Below, piece after piece: positions 26,253 through 41,355 of a stretch of 64,000 nt of DNA. The stretch is from Geosiphon pyriformis uo1. Lineage: Eukaryota > Fungi > Glomeromycota. The position numbers and the translations under genes are program-made. A model generated the notes under the pieces. That model had not been told where the DNA came from and did not search any database. It saw only the letters and a program-made list of their open reading frames with translations. Where the stretch lies: assembly GCA_016748015.1 (NCBI GenBank), contig JAAOMT010000211.1:254933-318932 (forward strand), written 5' to 3'. Within the stretch, counting starts at the first letter, position 1. Each line of letters begins with the position of its first letter.

Positions 26253-27236
26253 ATGACCACATCCGAAGACTTCTCAACCCTAATAACCCCACTCGAAAGA
26301 ACCGCCCTCAAAGGCCTCTCCCGTTTAGATACATTAATAAAAACCGTCGGGGAGGTGTTCGCCGAAATTTCATCATACTCTTCGGAGATTTTGGCTCCCG
26401 GCATTGGCAATGATAGAAATCCGGAGGGAGAAAACCCGGATATGGCGCTTATGAATGTTATTAAGACTGTAGATAGATTTCACCAAGTAGAACATGAGTT
26501 AAAAGATTTGGTAGGGGAGATTGATCGATTACGTGATAAAGATGGTGATGTTGTTGAAATCAAAGTAGAACATGAGCCTGGTCTCGATGACTTTAAAGTG
26601 AGCAAGAGGGAATATGGGTGGTATGATTGTGACTGTAGTTTGTGGCTCTTTTGGAGGGGTTTATTTTATTTATTACGTCAGATATCTCCCAATATTTTTA
26701 CATTTATTATTTGCGGCAGATGACAGTACAAGATCCTGTAGCTGTCGTAACAACAGCCGCCATCACTGACCCACAATCTTCAAAGGCAGGCCCAGCTATA
26801 ACTGCTGCTCTACTTAAAACTGAGCATGAAAATCAAAATGAAAGTGAGAATAATAATTCAAGCCTATCACCCCTGGTAGACCTTTACAAAACTCGTGACA
26901 AGCTATTAAAAGTATGTCAAGTCATATCTGTCCTCAGGTTTTCAATTTCCGCGAGAGGAATCCAATTGAATTTGACGTTTCTTAAAATTACCATGTTTCT
27001 CGCTTTTGACCCGCTCGTCATCTCGTTTTCACTTATTAAAATTGCCCTTACTTAAATTATGGCAGGAATCCAGATCACAATCTGAACACTTGACTAAACT
27101 GCTGGAACAAACTTATCGGCTACAATTTATCACTCAGACGTTGATGGGTAGTTTTGAGGAACCTCTTTTGATGGAAGAAATAGGTGTGAAAAACGATAGG
27201 GAAACGAAAACTGAAGGAGCGATGAATCAGTTGTAG
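26253..27236 (+). CDS. Helical protein, possibly Mediator subunit MED30-like (3 exons)
   Basis: Exons 26253-26597, 26720-26911 and 27066-27236 with phase-0 GT-AG introns. The N- and C-terminal amphipathic helices have a MED30-like pattern. The gene model is solid; the family call is tentative. Confidence 0.6.
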
Positions 27237-27598
27237 GAATAAAGTTTAAAAGAAATAGAGTAAAGATAAAGTGAACATAATATAAGTTATAATTATGGAA
27301 AATATGTTGATTAAGATATTGTGAGTAAAAAGGCTCGGTTTCTTTATCCCTACCATCTAAAAGACATTAAAAGCAATATAAATTTCTAATCTGTCACTTT
27401 CCAATCGCAATATTTTTAATTGAAAGATTCTTGAACATATTTAAATATTAATGGGTATAAATTATCGAACAGATAGATACCTGTCATCGAGTGAGCAATT
27501 TAAGTTGTCAGACTCCAAGAAATTCTTTTTCTAGTATCATAAAAATATGTAAGGGTACATTCTAAGAATGATTGTAGAAAGACCAGCCTAATGTTGTT

Positions 27599-28792
27599 TT
27601 AATTACTCCCGACCAGATTTTTCTTAACACTGTTTGATTCGAGATACTCGTCCATAGTTACCAGCCACTCGGTCAAATCCTGGATAATCTGCTTACCACA
27701 ATGCTCACGCAACATATCGTGCTCACATTGTTGGTATAATTTAATTGTCTTGTGTTTTTCATGAATTTGGGCCTGAGAAAATAGATCCAATGAGGATCTA
27801 ACCTCACAGACGCGGTCATTCAGCCCATGTTGTGCCAGAAATGGTTTATTCACCCGTCCCAAGTTTAATTGCAACCATGTTATTCCATCTAATAACGCTA
27901 GGCCAGTTTGTGCACGCATGTTTCCATGATAGGTTTGTGGATCTTTGAAAGAACTCTCGATAGATTAGAGACAAAAAGGTTATCAAATTGAAAAGTGAAA
28001 GACAAAAAAATTTAAACCTGCAAAAAATGCCTCAGAAACTAATGGATTTTGACTACCCTTGTTCTGATGTGCAGGAGCTAACGGGAGTCGTCCAAGAGGT
28101 GAACCAACAATTATTCGTGCAAGGTACTCTAAAATTTTGTGAGGGCGACTCGTACCAGCCACATAGACTAACGGGCAAAGAACGCTAAACGCATCAATAT
28201 CTTCGGGATATTTTATGGCATAACTAATCGTGACAAATCCACCCATCGATCCTCCTCCAAGGATCAATTTGCGTCGTTGATTTTTGTATAAAGGATCAGA
28301 CGCATTTTGTTCTCTCACATGAGCGATCACAATACGAACAGATTCTATCAATTCCTCCCAGTCAGCCAAATAAGAGTGCAAACCACTCGACCTCCCATGA
28401 CCTGGCATATCAATCGGGATTATGCGAAATCCTTGTTGCAAAATGGGCACACAATTTTCCGAGAAACGGCCGCCGTAATCGTTCAGCCCATGGACATAGA
28501 TAAAATCAGTATGACGTGATTTAACTGTCGACAGTTCCCAAGTCTGATAATGAATAAAATGCTCAAGAGCACCTTTAAACGGGAAGGGAACTTTAAAAGA
28601 TTGATGTTTGTAAGGTTCTGTACGAAATATTTGTTCAGTTGGCGAGTACCCAAGAGAAGCTCGACCATAAGTTAGGTCTTTCGGAACGCCCCCACAAAAG
28701 TAGTTAAATATCCGCGCGAGAAAAGCATCGTATAAGGTAACCCCAAAATTTTGCAGTGCCGCTACAGAGGAGTTTGAGGAAGAGACAGCCAT
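27599..28792 (-). CDS. Monoglyceride lipase/lysophospholipase-like alpha/beta hydrolase (2 exons)
   Basis: VHGLNDY, DMPGHGRSSG, the GGSMGG nucleophile elbow, HGLNDRV and EHDML (Ser-Asp-His triad). Confidence 0.9.
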
Positions 28793-29318
28793 GCGAGAAA
28801 TGACTTGGAAAAAGATACCGTTTTATAAATGATTGCTTAATTTTGATTCCTGTATTATATGCTGTTGTGCTTAAATGTCACTAAATAAATAAGGACCAAT
28901 TAGTAAAAAAAAATAGTTTTTTTATTAATAAATAATATAAAATGTGTTTTTTTTGAAAAAAGATGAAAAACCTAAAAATTTTTATAATTGTAAAATATTT
29001 AAAAAAAAATTTTGAATTTTTAATAATTGTAATTTTTTGTCTTTCAAGTGTAACAAAGTTTCAATAAATTTAAATTTGCAACAATTAATTAACTTCAATG
29101 TTATTAATTTAATCAAAAAAAGCAATCTTAACTTTTTTAATTAAATATATTTATTTCAAGTGTTAAGCTATTCTAAAAATGGTTTTTTGAAAAAAATTCA
29201 CTGGGATAGGCTTCTAAAATATTTTAATAGATAACTGGGGGAAATTTTCATAATTCCGAAGACTGTTTTTCCTATACAATTTAGAAAGTTTTATAAACCC
29301 TTTGTGCTATTTGAAAAT

Positions 29319-30375
29319 ATGACTTTAAATACACCAATTGAAAACCCGATTTCAGCTATTGACTGGCTTAAAGAAGTATTCAGAAAATTTGGCCATTTTT
29401 CCGAGCAACCCATTTTGAAAACAACCAAGATTAATTCGATTGCTTAAATAATAAGGTTCAAAGTGTTCGATAGACTACATTTTGCTTGGGTTTTTTAAAA
29501 CATGGGTAATGGAACTATTCCCAATTTAAAAAAAGCATTTTTACAATTTTAGAAAGCAGAAAATGTGGAAGATTCTTTTGGATAGTTTTTTCTTAAGCCA
29601 TTGTTAACATAATAGAATTGGTACTTCATAAAGATTGAGAAAAAACAGTTAAACTCTATTTAAAAGCAGTCGAGACAGGAAATACAAAGGCACAAACAGT
29701 CTTGGATGATGTTATGAAAATGGACAAATTTTTTGGGAAAGTGTTTAAACTCTATTCAAAGACGGCAGGAAATACAAATACACAAAATAATCTTTGAATA
29801 AAATGGATCGAGAACAACAAAAAATCCGGAAAGGCAACAGAGTCAGGAGATGCAAATGCATAAAATGATCTTGAATGATTTTATGTAATGAGTATAGAAC
29901 AACAAAAATCTGAAAAGTGTTTAAACTCTATTCAAAAGCAGCAGAGGCGGGAGATACAAATGCGTAAACCGTTTTTGGATGGTTTTATTAAGATCGATCG
30001 AAAATAACAAAAAAATCAGAAAAAAGCAACAATATTCAAAGACAACAGAGGCAGGGGATGCAAATGTACAAAATAATCTTGAATGATTTTATGAAAATGG
30101 ATATAACAACAAAAAAATCTGAAAAAAGGGTTTAAACTCTATTTAAAAGCAGCAAAGACGAGAAATTCAAATGTACAAACCGTTTTTGGATGGTGTTATT
30201 TAAATGGATCCTAAACAAAAAATCTAGAATAATATTCAAAAGCAGGAGATACAAATGCATCAAATAATTTTGGATGGTTTCATGAAAAAGCATATGAAAC
30301 TACAAAAAAGCGTTTAAACTCTATTCAAAGGAAGCAGAGGCGAAAAATACAATATTATCTTAAACAATGTTATCG
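29319..30375 (+). pseudogene. Strongly decayed SEL1-like repeat gene
   Basis: Recurrent aaactctattcaaaagcagcagaggcggga units, and an N-terminal segment homologous to 41355-41050 and 60490-60830; many stops and indels. Confidence 0.85.
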
Positions 30376-30399
30376 TATATATAATTTCAAAGTGCAAAA

Positions 30400-33300
30400 T
30401 AAAATTTTGTAATATGTTAATATTTATATTAAAAAATTTTTTATATTTTAAATAATTTATTTTTACATTGAAATTTTAATAATTTTTTAATTTTTTAATT
30501 GTTGATAATTTGTGATTTGTTATTTGATTTGTTATTTATTAGATTTGTAAGTTGTTTATATTCAATATTTGTAGATTTGTTAATAAAAGTAATAATTTAT
30601 GATTTGTGATTTGAATTTACAAATTATTAATTATATTAATTATTAAATGTTTATATTTGCAAGTTATTAATTAGATTAATTATTAAATATTTATATTTAC
30701 AAGTTAATAAATATTGATGATTTTTTATTGATATATTATTCTAAATTTCCAATTATAACTCAAAAATAAAAATTAATTGATTTATTTATTTATTTAATAG
30801 CAAACAGCAAATTGTTTATTAATTAATATTAAATAAAACAAATAAATTTTTAATATATTAATATTTAATTTAATAATATTTTTGTATTTGTTTTGGTAAT
30901 TTTTTTTATTAAATCAAAAAACATTTAATACTAAAAAACAATAATATTTATATAATAAAACAAGATTTTGTTTTTATAAACAATAAAATTAAGAAATATA
31001 TATGTATATTATTATAATATTAAATATTAATATTTAAAAGTGTTTTTTATAATATAAATTTCAATTTAGTAATATTATATTTTTATAAACTTTGTTTTGT
31101 TATAACTTATTTACATTATTTGATTTTTAAGCAATAAAAAACAAATTATTAAATTAATTAATATGTTTTATTTAAATATAAATAATTTTATGATTTAAAA
31201 AATATAAATTTTTAAATCTAATTTTTTGTATTAATTATATTTTTATTAATTAATTTAGAATAAATAAATAAATAAATAAAAAAATACGAAAATTAATGTA
31301 TATTATATTTATTTTTTATAAATTTTTAATACATAAAAATATAAAATTTTTTCATAATTTTCCAAAAAAATAAAAATCAGAAATATTTTAATTAAAAATT
31401 TTTTTGTTAAAAACTGTTAAATAATTTTAAAAATATATGTTAATTTAATTTACTTTTATCAAATTATAAAAATTAATAATAATAATAAATCAAAAAAAAT
31501 CAATTTTTTTTTTAAGTAAACAAAACATATGTATATTTTTTAATGAATTACAATTTAATTTTTTAAAATAATAATAATAATAATAATAATAATTTTATGA
31601 ATTATTTATTTTCATTTTTATTAATTAGTGTGTTTTGATTTTTTTTATTAATAAATATATTTGTATATATAATATATGTATTTTTAAAAAAGAGAATATT
31701 TTCAGATTATTTATTTTATACTGTGAATTGAAAATGGCATAAGAATTAAAATTAATAATTATAAAATATTATAATTTAAAATCTAAAAAAACACCTTTTT
31801 TTGTACAAATTATTAGTTAATTTTTATTGAAAATATTAAAATTTTTATTTCGTATTGTATTATTACAAATTGACAACTTTTCAGAAAATTTAAAAGTAAT
31901 ACTTTGTTTGTATCTTTTTTGTTTTTGCCGTTATTATTCGAAATGTAACGTTATTTGTTACCCATTGATCCCAATTTCAAATTGGAATTACAAATAGTTC
32001 TCTACTTGGATTTCTAATTTTTAGTTAACAAAGCCGTTGAATTGCAACTCAGGTGTCCTAAGCAGAATTTGCATTTCTATCAAACTTTTAGAATCTATTC
32101 TTTCATTTGAAATACAATTGTAAATTAATTAAGCTTAAAAACATTATTTCAAAAAATGGAGTAAAAAGAATTCATTTTGCCAGATTTCTGAAAATAATTT
32201 CCATTTTATTCGAAAATAAAAATTATTTTAGAAATTTCAAACACATTTGGGTGTGTTTCATGTTCTGGGTTTATGCATAGAATTGTTTTTCTGATTGTTA
32301 TTTAAACTTTGTGATAACTTTTAGTGTTGAAAATATTAATTATTTTAACATTTATGTTAAATTGTAAGTAAAGTAAATAAATCGAGTAATTTTGTGTAGA
32401 AGTTTTAATATATTTTTATTTAAAAGCGAAAATAATTTTTTACATTGACAATTGTTTTTTATTCAAGTATTTTTATTTTAATATTTATTAAATTAAATTT
32501 TAATTCTTAATCCTAATACTTCTTCAAAAAAACCATACAGTAAAGATGACTTTATTTTCAAAAACAAGGTACACGATGAGTCACAATCTCTTTTTAAAAA
32601 ATATAGAAAAACAGTCTTTAAAGTTTATAGTGGAATGGATTTATTTTATACAAAAAACCTGGATTCATGAAAATTATTTTCAATCAAATATTGAAGTTTC
32701 AAGAAAAATAAATTAAAACTTAAAAAACCAATTTTTTTTCAAAATTTCCGGTCTCTATAAATAATGATAGTCAAATATTATTTTTATTATTAATTAAAAA
32801 ATTAATACACTATAAAAATAAGATGGGAATAATTGAAATGTCAAATCATTGCTAGATTTTACATCAATTCTCTAACATTCTTGATATCTTATAGAATTTT
32901 AAGAAAAGAAGAGCAAATAAGCTCCACCTTGTCAAAGACAAGTATCTAAAGAAATTATTGCCATAAGAACAATTGTTAATTGGCCACCAGAAGATATAAA
33001 AGAAATAAAAATGTTTAGCAGAGACATATATTGCTTTATAATATGGGCTTTCTAAATTTCTACTACACTAATTACTTATTTAATCAAAACATAAAGCAAC
33101 TATCAACCAAATTGGCGTTTCTCCTGATCACAGTTTTTTCGCATCAGCCTCTGACGATGGAACCGGGATTTTGGGCAATTAAAAAAAAAATGTTACTAGT
33201 CATTCAGGCTTTAATCTTGAATCGAACAAAGTTTGAAAAATAAATACATTTAAGTGTGCGAATTGAACTGTTTTCTTAATTAAAAATATATTTAATATAT

Positions 33301-36300
33301 TTATTTAAAAAAATTAAATTATAATTTTTTAAAAATAAAATAATTAATGTGAATTTAAGAGCTTTAAATATATCAATTTTTTGATATACCAAACAAAGAT
33401 CCAAATATAAATTCATTTTATCTGTCACGACAAAATTGTATTAGGATGTTTTGGCTCTTTTAACTACCAGAATATTAATGAGTGTTTATATAGTATTTAG
33501 TTAATATCTCTGCAAAGTTCTATTATAGTTACAACCAGTCTTTTTCTTAAATTCCAATAATATGATTAATGATACAACTGAAAATTTTTAAAAACTTCTT
33601 TTTTAAAAGCTTTTACTTTTGCAAATGAATTAAACATTTATTTAAAATTAAAAAATTTAATCTTATATATTAGGAAATTTTTAATTATTTATGCTAATTT
33701 TGTGTATTACTAAAAAAATAAAAAAAATAAATGTAAATTAATTATCTTTGTTTTAAATTTTCAATACATTTGAAAATTTAAAAACTAATTATTTTGGTAA
33801 TATATAAAAATCCCGTTTTTTTTTAATGAATATTATGTCAACTATAATATTAAGTAAAATTAATTTAATAAAAACAACTACAAAATTTATAACCATAAAT
33901 TTTATAAAAACATAAATTTAATTTTTAAACTTTAAAATCAATAATTATTCCATTTATAACTACAAAAAATTCAAATACTTTATCGTTATTCTAAAATATT
34001 TACATAAAATGAATGAATAATTAATTTTTTAAACCAAAATTTTCCAAAAATTAAATATATATCTTTTTTTTAATTCTTAAACTTTTTAGTTTTAATTTTA
34101 ATTGGATTGTATATTATTATTTTCTGTTATTTAAAAAATAATTAATATATTTATTTATTTAATAAATAAGATTCAATTGCTATTTAGTATAATACAATAA
34201 CTATGTATTTCAAACTAAATGCAATTTATACACTTTTTATATATATAATCCAGCCACTTGGACCAATTAAAGCTATACTACATATCTATTTTAATAGTAA
34301 TAAAACTATTTAAACCTAAATAAAACAACCAATGTTTACATATTTTAAAACTTATTCTATAAGCTTTAATTATGCTTAATAATTAAATTGTATTATTAAA
34401 CAAAATAATTAACAAATCATTAATAAAAAAAACACTAAATTATTATTATATATTAGACTAAACTTATTTATATAGCTTTAAATTTAAATTTACAGAACCA
34501 AATATTATCATAATATCTAATTATCAAATTATATACAAAATTAATTAACTTAAAAATAATGTTTTTAATAATATTAAAAATCAAAAAAGTTTTATGAAAC
34601 TATTCTTTAAAAATCATATTTTTATATAAAATTATATAAAAACTAAAATTTATTTTATATAAAAACAATATTTATAATATAAAAAACAATAAAATACATA
34701 TATTAATTAAGAATCTTTAATAAATAATACTTATAATCAATAATTTTTTATAAATTTACAAATTTATTTTGAATATAAATATATAGTTTGAGAATTTTAT
34801 TTATTATAATAAAAATACAGAATATTAAAATATAATTTATTATATAAATACTTTTTAATTATAGTTTTTATATATATATATGTAGTTTAATTAAAAATTC
34901 ACTTAAATATTCAGAAATTATGTCTATAAAAATAAACATATAAATAAACTTATAAGTATAACCAATTTTTTATTTTTTTTCTTATTTTAATTTATAAGTA
35001 ATATATTAAAACTAAAAATATAACAATATTTAACAATATAAAATATTTTATTTATGATATATATTATTTAGTTTGTTGTATATATTGAAAAATTAGTCTT
35101 AATGTTAATATTATTAATAAAAACATAATCAAAAATATAAATTAAGTAATTTTTAAATTATTTTATTTATAATATTTATCATGTGTTTTTTTTTTTTAAT
35201 TAACAGCTATTATAAAAACCAAACAATAATAAAATTTTTTTAAAAATACAAATATTTAAAACAGCTTAATTATCTGAATTTATTAAAATTTTACTAAAAA
35301 ATAAAATGTATTTTAATATTAAAATAATAATTTATAATTTAATTAATATAATTAAAACCAAATTTTTTATTTTTATTTTAATATTCAAATATAAATTTAC
35401 AAAAAATACTGAAATATTATTTGTTATCTTAAAAATACCAAATTTTTTAAAGAATTAATAATAAATATATTAATAATATCTAATTTTGTTTTTTTAAACA
35501 TTTATAAATCATATAAAAATTATTAAAATCATAAATATTAATTAATTTTTAATAAGTTAATTAATATTTAGAGTATTTTTTTATATTTTAGATTGTTTAT
35601 ACTATTAAATTTATAATAGAATAACTAATTTTATGTTAATTATTTATATAGTTATTTTACAGTAAAAGTTAACTTTTTTACAGAAAATTTTAATTATATG
35701 TTTTTTAATAATATATAGTTATTTTGTTATAAAAATCAATTTTTTTATAATAAATTTTATTTATAAGCTATTTGATAATATATATAAAAAAAAAAGAAAA
35801 TTAAAAAAAATATAAAAAGAAATATTTTTTGTTTAAACTTAAAATTAACTAATTAATTATTGAAATTAATTATTAATATATTATAAAATATTAATTAAAA
35901 TTTGTAAGATTTAAAACAATAATAATTATAAAAAAAGTTTGGTTTTTAAAGTAAATTTTATTTTATTAATTTATAATAGCTAATTAATTATTAAAAAAAT
36001 AATTTTAAATTAAAATATTTTTTTAAAAAAAAAGCTTTTCTTTTAAATAATTTATTATAATATTATTCTATAATTTAATACTTTTTATTTTAGTAAATTA
36101 TAAGTTGTTTTTATAGATTAATAATTATTTTAATAAATTATTAAATATTTTATCGAATTTTTAAATATTTTATCGAATTTTTAAATGTTATATAATTTAA
36201 AATATTGTATAATCTGATTATTATACTTATTTATACTTGTATATTATATAAATTAAGTTATTAAATTAGATAATAATATTTGATAATTTGATAAAAAATT

Positions 36301-37560
36301 AATAAATAATAATTGAATTAATAATATATACTAATTAATAATAGAAATTATTCTTATAATTTTATGTTAATTAATAATTCAAATTTCTATTGATAATAAT
36401 AGAAATTTTTTAATAATTATAGTTTAATTTAATTAGTTTTTTTTGTTTTTTAAGATTACTGTTTATTAAAATTTTTATTTTAATAATCAATATTATAGCT
36501 TTATTTATATTTTTTTTAAAGATAAATATTAATAAAATAATCTTTTCAAATTTTGAAAAAATAGTAATTTTTTCAAATTTATTTATTGTTAAAAACAAAT
36601 TTTTAATAATCAGTATTTTTACCATAATGGTTTTTTTTTCAAATAATAAAAGATTAATATTTAATAAATAAAATTTTTTAATAAAAGTTTTTATTTAAGT
36701 TTTAATTATCTTGGAATTAATCTTTTTTTTCAAAGCTATTTAACAGTCAAAAAAAAGTTATTTTCTTGTTTTTTATTTCAAAATCAATTATATTTATTAA
36801 AAAAGCTGTTCTTATGCTAATATTATATTTTATTGTATTTAAAATATTAATTTAAGAATTAAAAAGCATTTTATTTTTATTGTTTATTTTATAACTATTA
36901 TTAACTATTAAAAAACTTTTTGTTTTTTTATATAAATCTATTTTTATGTTTTAAAATTATTTAGTATTATTTAAAAGAAAAAAAGAAGTTTTTAAAATAT
37001 TTAATAGTTAAATTACATCTTAAACAAAAAATAATAATGTTTATATATATAATTATTTTTTTTAATATTAAATATTTTTTAAAATTTTTAACAGATATTT
37101 TTTTTGATTATTTATAATATATTTTAACCACAGATTATTATTATTATTGTACAGATCAATTTTTATATATTAAACATGGATTAAATAATTTATATTAATT
37201 AAAAAATTATTACTTTAAAAAAAAATTCATTATTATATTATATTTTAACTTTTAAATAATTTAATTTTTAATATAATATAATGTATTTTTTTAATTTAAT
37301 TTAATTTTAATTTTTCGAATTTAATTAATTGTTAATTTCAAAATACAATATTATTTTCTTATTATAAAAAAATTAATTTAACAAATAAAAACAATCTTAG
37401 AATTTATATATATATAAATACAAATATTAATTAATTTAAATACTTTATTAAATTTCAGTTAAGTATTTATTCAAAAATTGTTTATATATAACTAAACATA
37501 ATATAATTTTTACTTTAACTTAAGAATTTAAATATTACAATAAATTTAAATGTTTTAATT
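30400..37560. repeat. Extremely AT-rich block of decayed repeats
   Basis: Very low G+C, almost no CpG, only spurious I/K/N/L/F-rich ORFs; a few less-decayed patches at ~31.9-33.3 kb. Confidence 0.7.
33060..33185 (+). pseudogene. WD40-repeat gene fragment (Vps15-like)
   Basis: Reads KHKATINQIGVSPDHSFFASASDDGT within otherwise decayed sequence. Confidence 0.55.
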
Positions 37561-38546
37561 AATTAAATATTATATGTCTTACAAATTATATAATAGTAAT
37601 ATCGGGTGGTTTCTACTATGTAATAATCCCTGTAGATAGTAGTTGAATCACACTTTGTTAGCGCATTCAAAAAAACAAGCTTTTTTAAAAATTTATAATA
37701 TTCAGTGATTATATTTATATTTTACTTTTAGTTTTGTAAATTATTGATTAATTATTAAAATCAATTTTATAATATTAATAAAAAACCGTCCCTATTAAAA
37801 ATTAAAGAAATTTCATTTTTAATATTTCTAAACAGGTTATTGAAGATTTAGTAATATTTTTAATTAATCAAGAAATCGAAATTCCCCTTATCAATTTGGT
37901 ATAATTCATATTATATATTTTAATGCATGTGACGGAGCGCATTAAGTTAAAAATATCTTGATAAATTAAGATTCCCTCGCTTTTTATAAGGTTAAAATTT
38001 ATCGAGGTAAAATTCATTATTTGTCCAAACATAAAAATTTCCGCCTTGACAGGTCAATATGTTTAATGCTAAAACTATTTAAATAAAAATTCCTCTTAAT
38101 AGTTAGCGTTTCCACATAAATTTCTCCTTTCTTTAACTCCACTCTCCTCCAATTATTTTTGTATCCATTTAAATTTTTAAAGAAATTTTCAGACGGATTA
38201 TGTTGAAGAACAATGTTCTATTTAATAGATTACATCAAAGGAAAATGAATTATTTTGGCCTTAAGTGATTTTTGGTCACTTGAATTACTAATTAGATAAT
38301 TATTAAAAATATATATAACTTATATTCCAATGGAATAAAGCTTTCAAAATGTGTTTATAATAACATTGATGAGGAAACGCTTTACAGTTAATAACCTTCA
38401 AAAACAAACATAGGCACGTTTTAAATCTACTTAACTAATATATATATATATATATATAATTTTTTTTATAACTAACAATATTATTATAAATAACTAAATT
38501 ATTTAACGTCATTATTGAAATAGATTTATTTTGGTAAAGTCTGTCT

Positions 38547-41355
38547 TAATTTGAATAACTAATAAGACAATCCAGAGCTGAAAAAAAGCGTTTAAGTTAA
38601 AAAAAAGTTATTTAGATATTGAATAATAATCAATAAAAAGCTTACCATTTGTAGAGAATGTAGGTTTCGAGATTATTTTACTTGTATATCTTGTCGTATC
38701 ATGGATAACATCTTGTGTCTCCTGGGAATTAAGTCTTTTTTCACGGATAAGTTCGTTTAAGTTGTAATTGTCGCGAGCAGCAATAACTCTTTGTTGAAAT
38801 TTTTCTGCAGTGTCACGGTAATATGGATTTTGATCCCAATTTTTTTCAATCATTTCCTGAATACATTGAGGTGTGCACTTTTCGATTTTAGGACGCTCTC
38901 TCTGAATTATATCTAATTGAATATACATACGATTTTTAACATCATTCCATGGTCTTTCTGCTGAAATCATTTCCCAGGAAATGATAGCACAACTATAAAT
39001 ATCGCTGCATTTGGTATGAGGTGACAGGTTACAAACTTCGGGCGCTGAGTATTCAACAACACCAAAGATGTCTTTAGACTGTGGAGAGTAATTGGCAGGA
39101 CGACAGAATCCTAGATCAGCAATGACCACTTTTAAAGGATTTGATTTCAAAACAAGGATATTCCCAGGATGCAAGTCTTCATGCACGAATTTTGAGTCAT
39201 GTATAAACCTTAGGCCACCAGCGATTTGAAAAAGAATACGAAGAAAATGTCCCAAGTAAGAGTGTCTTCCTTCAGCTTGAGAAAGGCTCTAAGGTCTCCA
39301 TGTTCTGCAAATGGTAAAACCATAACAAATTCATTGGTTGTAATGTCTTTTGTGATTCCATAGCATTCAAGAATATATTTACAAGAGGCACAGGTAAGAT
39401 GAGCAACAAACTATTTCAATGCGTTTTCTAGTGTTAGAAAAAGAAAAGAAATGGGAATAATAAAAATCTGAAAATTTTGTTAAACGAATTACCTCAATAG
39501 AATTGACATATTCTATGTTTTGGCTATTTTTAAGATATTTCAAAGCAACTCTCGTAATCCCACTTCGTTCATACTTTTGATTTTTCTTGTACCAAAAAAG
39601 AATTTTTCCTCTCTTCCATCTACCTTCTTTAACAATACCAAATCCTCCCTCTTCTACCTTATTCAAATGTAGGATCTCGTCGGGAGAAATCCATTCCAGA
39701 CAGCCTCTGCAGTTTTGAGAGTTACGCTATGTATACAATATATACTGATTAATATTATTATTTCCACTCTGCCATGTTTCCCTAGCCTTTAAAAATCGTG
39801 ATGATTCACAAGAATTACACCAAAGTGGATCTTTTAATGCACTATAGCATTCCGGACATTTCGGCAAGGCGGCGTTAAAAGTAATTTTATCACTTTTGTT
39901 ATTATCACAAAATGGACATATAGCAGATTCATTAATGATTATACCCAAGTTGCCACATTTAAGACACTTGAATTCATCTGAAAGCTGGTCAAAGAAAGCT
40001 TCAAAATCTAGAAATTCTCCTTTCAAATTATCGGAGTATTTAAAGCCTCGATTTTGATTCTTTGAAGTAAGGTCATGAACATCCAAATCAGGAAAATCAT
40101 ACCAGTTATTTACTTCTGCTACTTTTAAATAGAGTCCAACTGCTTTTGCTAGGTTTATTGTGGTTCCACATCCATTTTGATAGCACCATCCAAGGTTATA
40201 TTGTGCATTTTAATTTCCCGCCACTGCTGTTTTTTAATAAATTCAAATGTTCCTTTTCGATTTTTCTTTGTTCCCCATCTATTTCGATAATGCATTCCGA
40301 TACTGGTTTGTGGACTCAGATTTCCCACTTTTTCCAGATCTTTTGTTATTTCTTGTCTATTTCAATAATATGTTCTAAGGTTAACCTGTGCAATCAAACT
40401 TCCCGCCTTTGCTGCTTTTAAATAAAATTCAAATGCTTTTTCTTCATTTATCGTTGTTCCCAATCCATTTTCATAACAAAATGCAAGATTGTATTTGTGC
40501 ATATAAATCTCCCGCCTCTGCTGCTTTTGAATAAAATTCAAATGCTTTTTCTTCATTTTTCGTTGTTCCCCATCCATTACTATAACAAACTGCAAGATTG
40601 AATTGTGCATTTGAATCTCCCGCCTCTGCTGCTTTTAAATAAAATTCAAATGCTTTTTCTTCATTTTTTTTTATTCCCCTTCCATATAAATAACCACCTC
40701 CAAGATTGCATTGTGCGTTTGTATTACCCGCCTCTGCTGCTTTTGAATAGCGTTCAAATGCTTTTTCCATATTTTTCGTTGTTCCCAATCCATTAGCATA
40801 GCAAAGTGCAAGACCGTATTGCGCATTTATATTACCTGCCTCTGCTGCTTTTGAATAAAGTTCAAATGCTTTTTCGTCATTTTTCGTTATTCCCCATCCA
40901 TTATCATAACAAAGTGCAAGATTTGATTGTGCATTTATAACCCGCTCTGTTGCTTTTGAATAGAGTTCAAATGCTTTTCCTCGATCTTGTGAAGTACCAA
41001 TTCCATAATTATAACAATAACCTAAGAAAAATTGTCCAAAGGAATCTTCTGCATTCGCTGCTTTCTGAAATTCTAAAAAAGCTCTTCTTAAATTAGGAAT
41101 TGTTCCAATCCCATGTTCTAAAGAAAAGCCGAGCAAAATATAATCTATCGGACGCTTTGAACTTCTATTATTCAAGCAGTTGAATAAATCTTCAGGTTTT
41201 TTCTCATTGCGGTTAAGATAATTTTTCACCAAGTCAGCAACTTTTGAATATTCACTGGCTGGAAAAATGGCCAAATTTTCTTTAATGACAATCAATGCTC
41301 CTTCAAGCCATTCGACGGTTGAAGTTGCGTTTTCAATTGATAAAGTAGAAGACAT
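38547..41355 (-). pseudogene. SEL1-repeat + Cys-rich + tyrosine-kinase-like protein kinase gene with several disabling lesions
   Basis: 108-bp SEL1 repeats, CxxC cluster, EGGFG, VALK, HEDLHPGN, ADLG and APE. Lesions: +1 frameshift at ~40495, TGA at 40362, TAG at 39727 and a -1 frameshift at ~39255. Confidence 0.85.
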
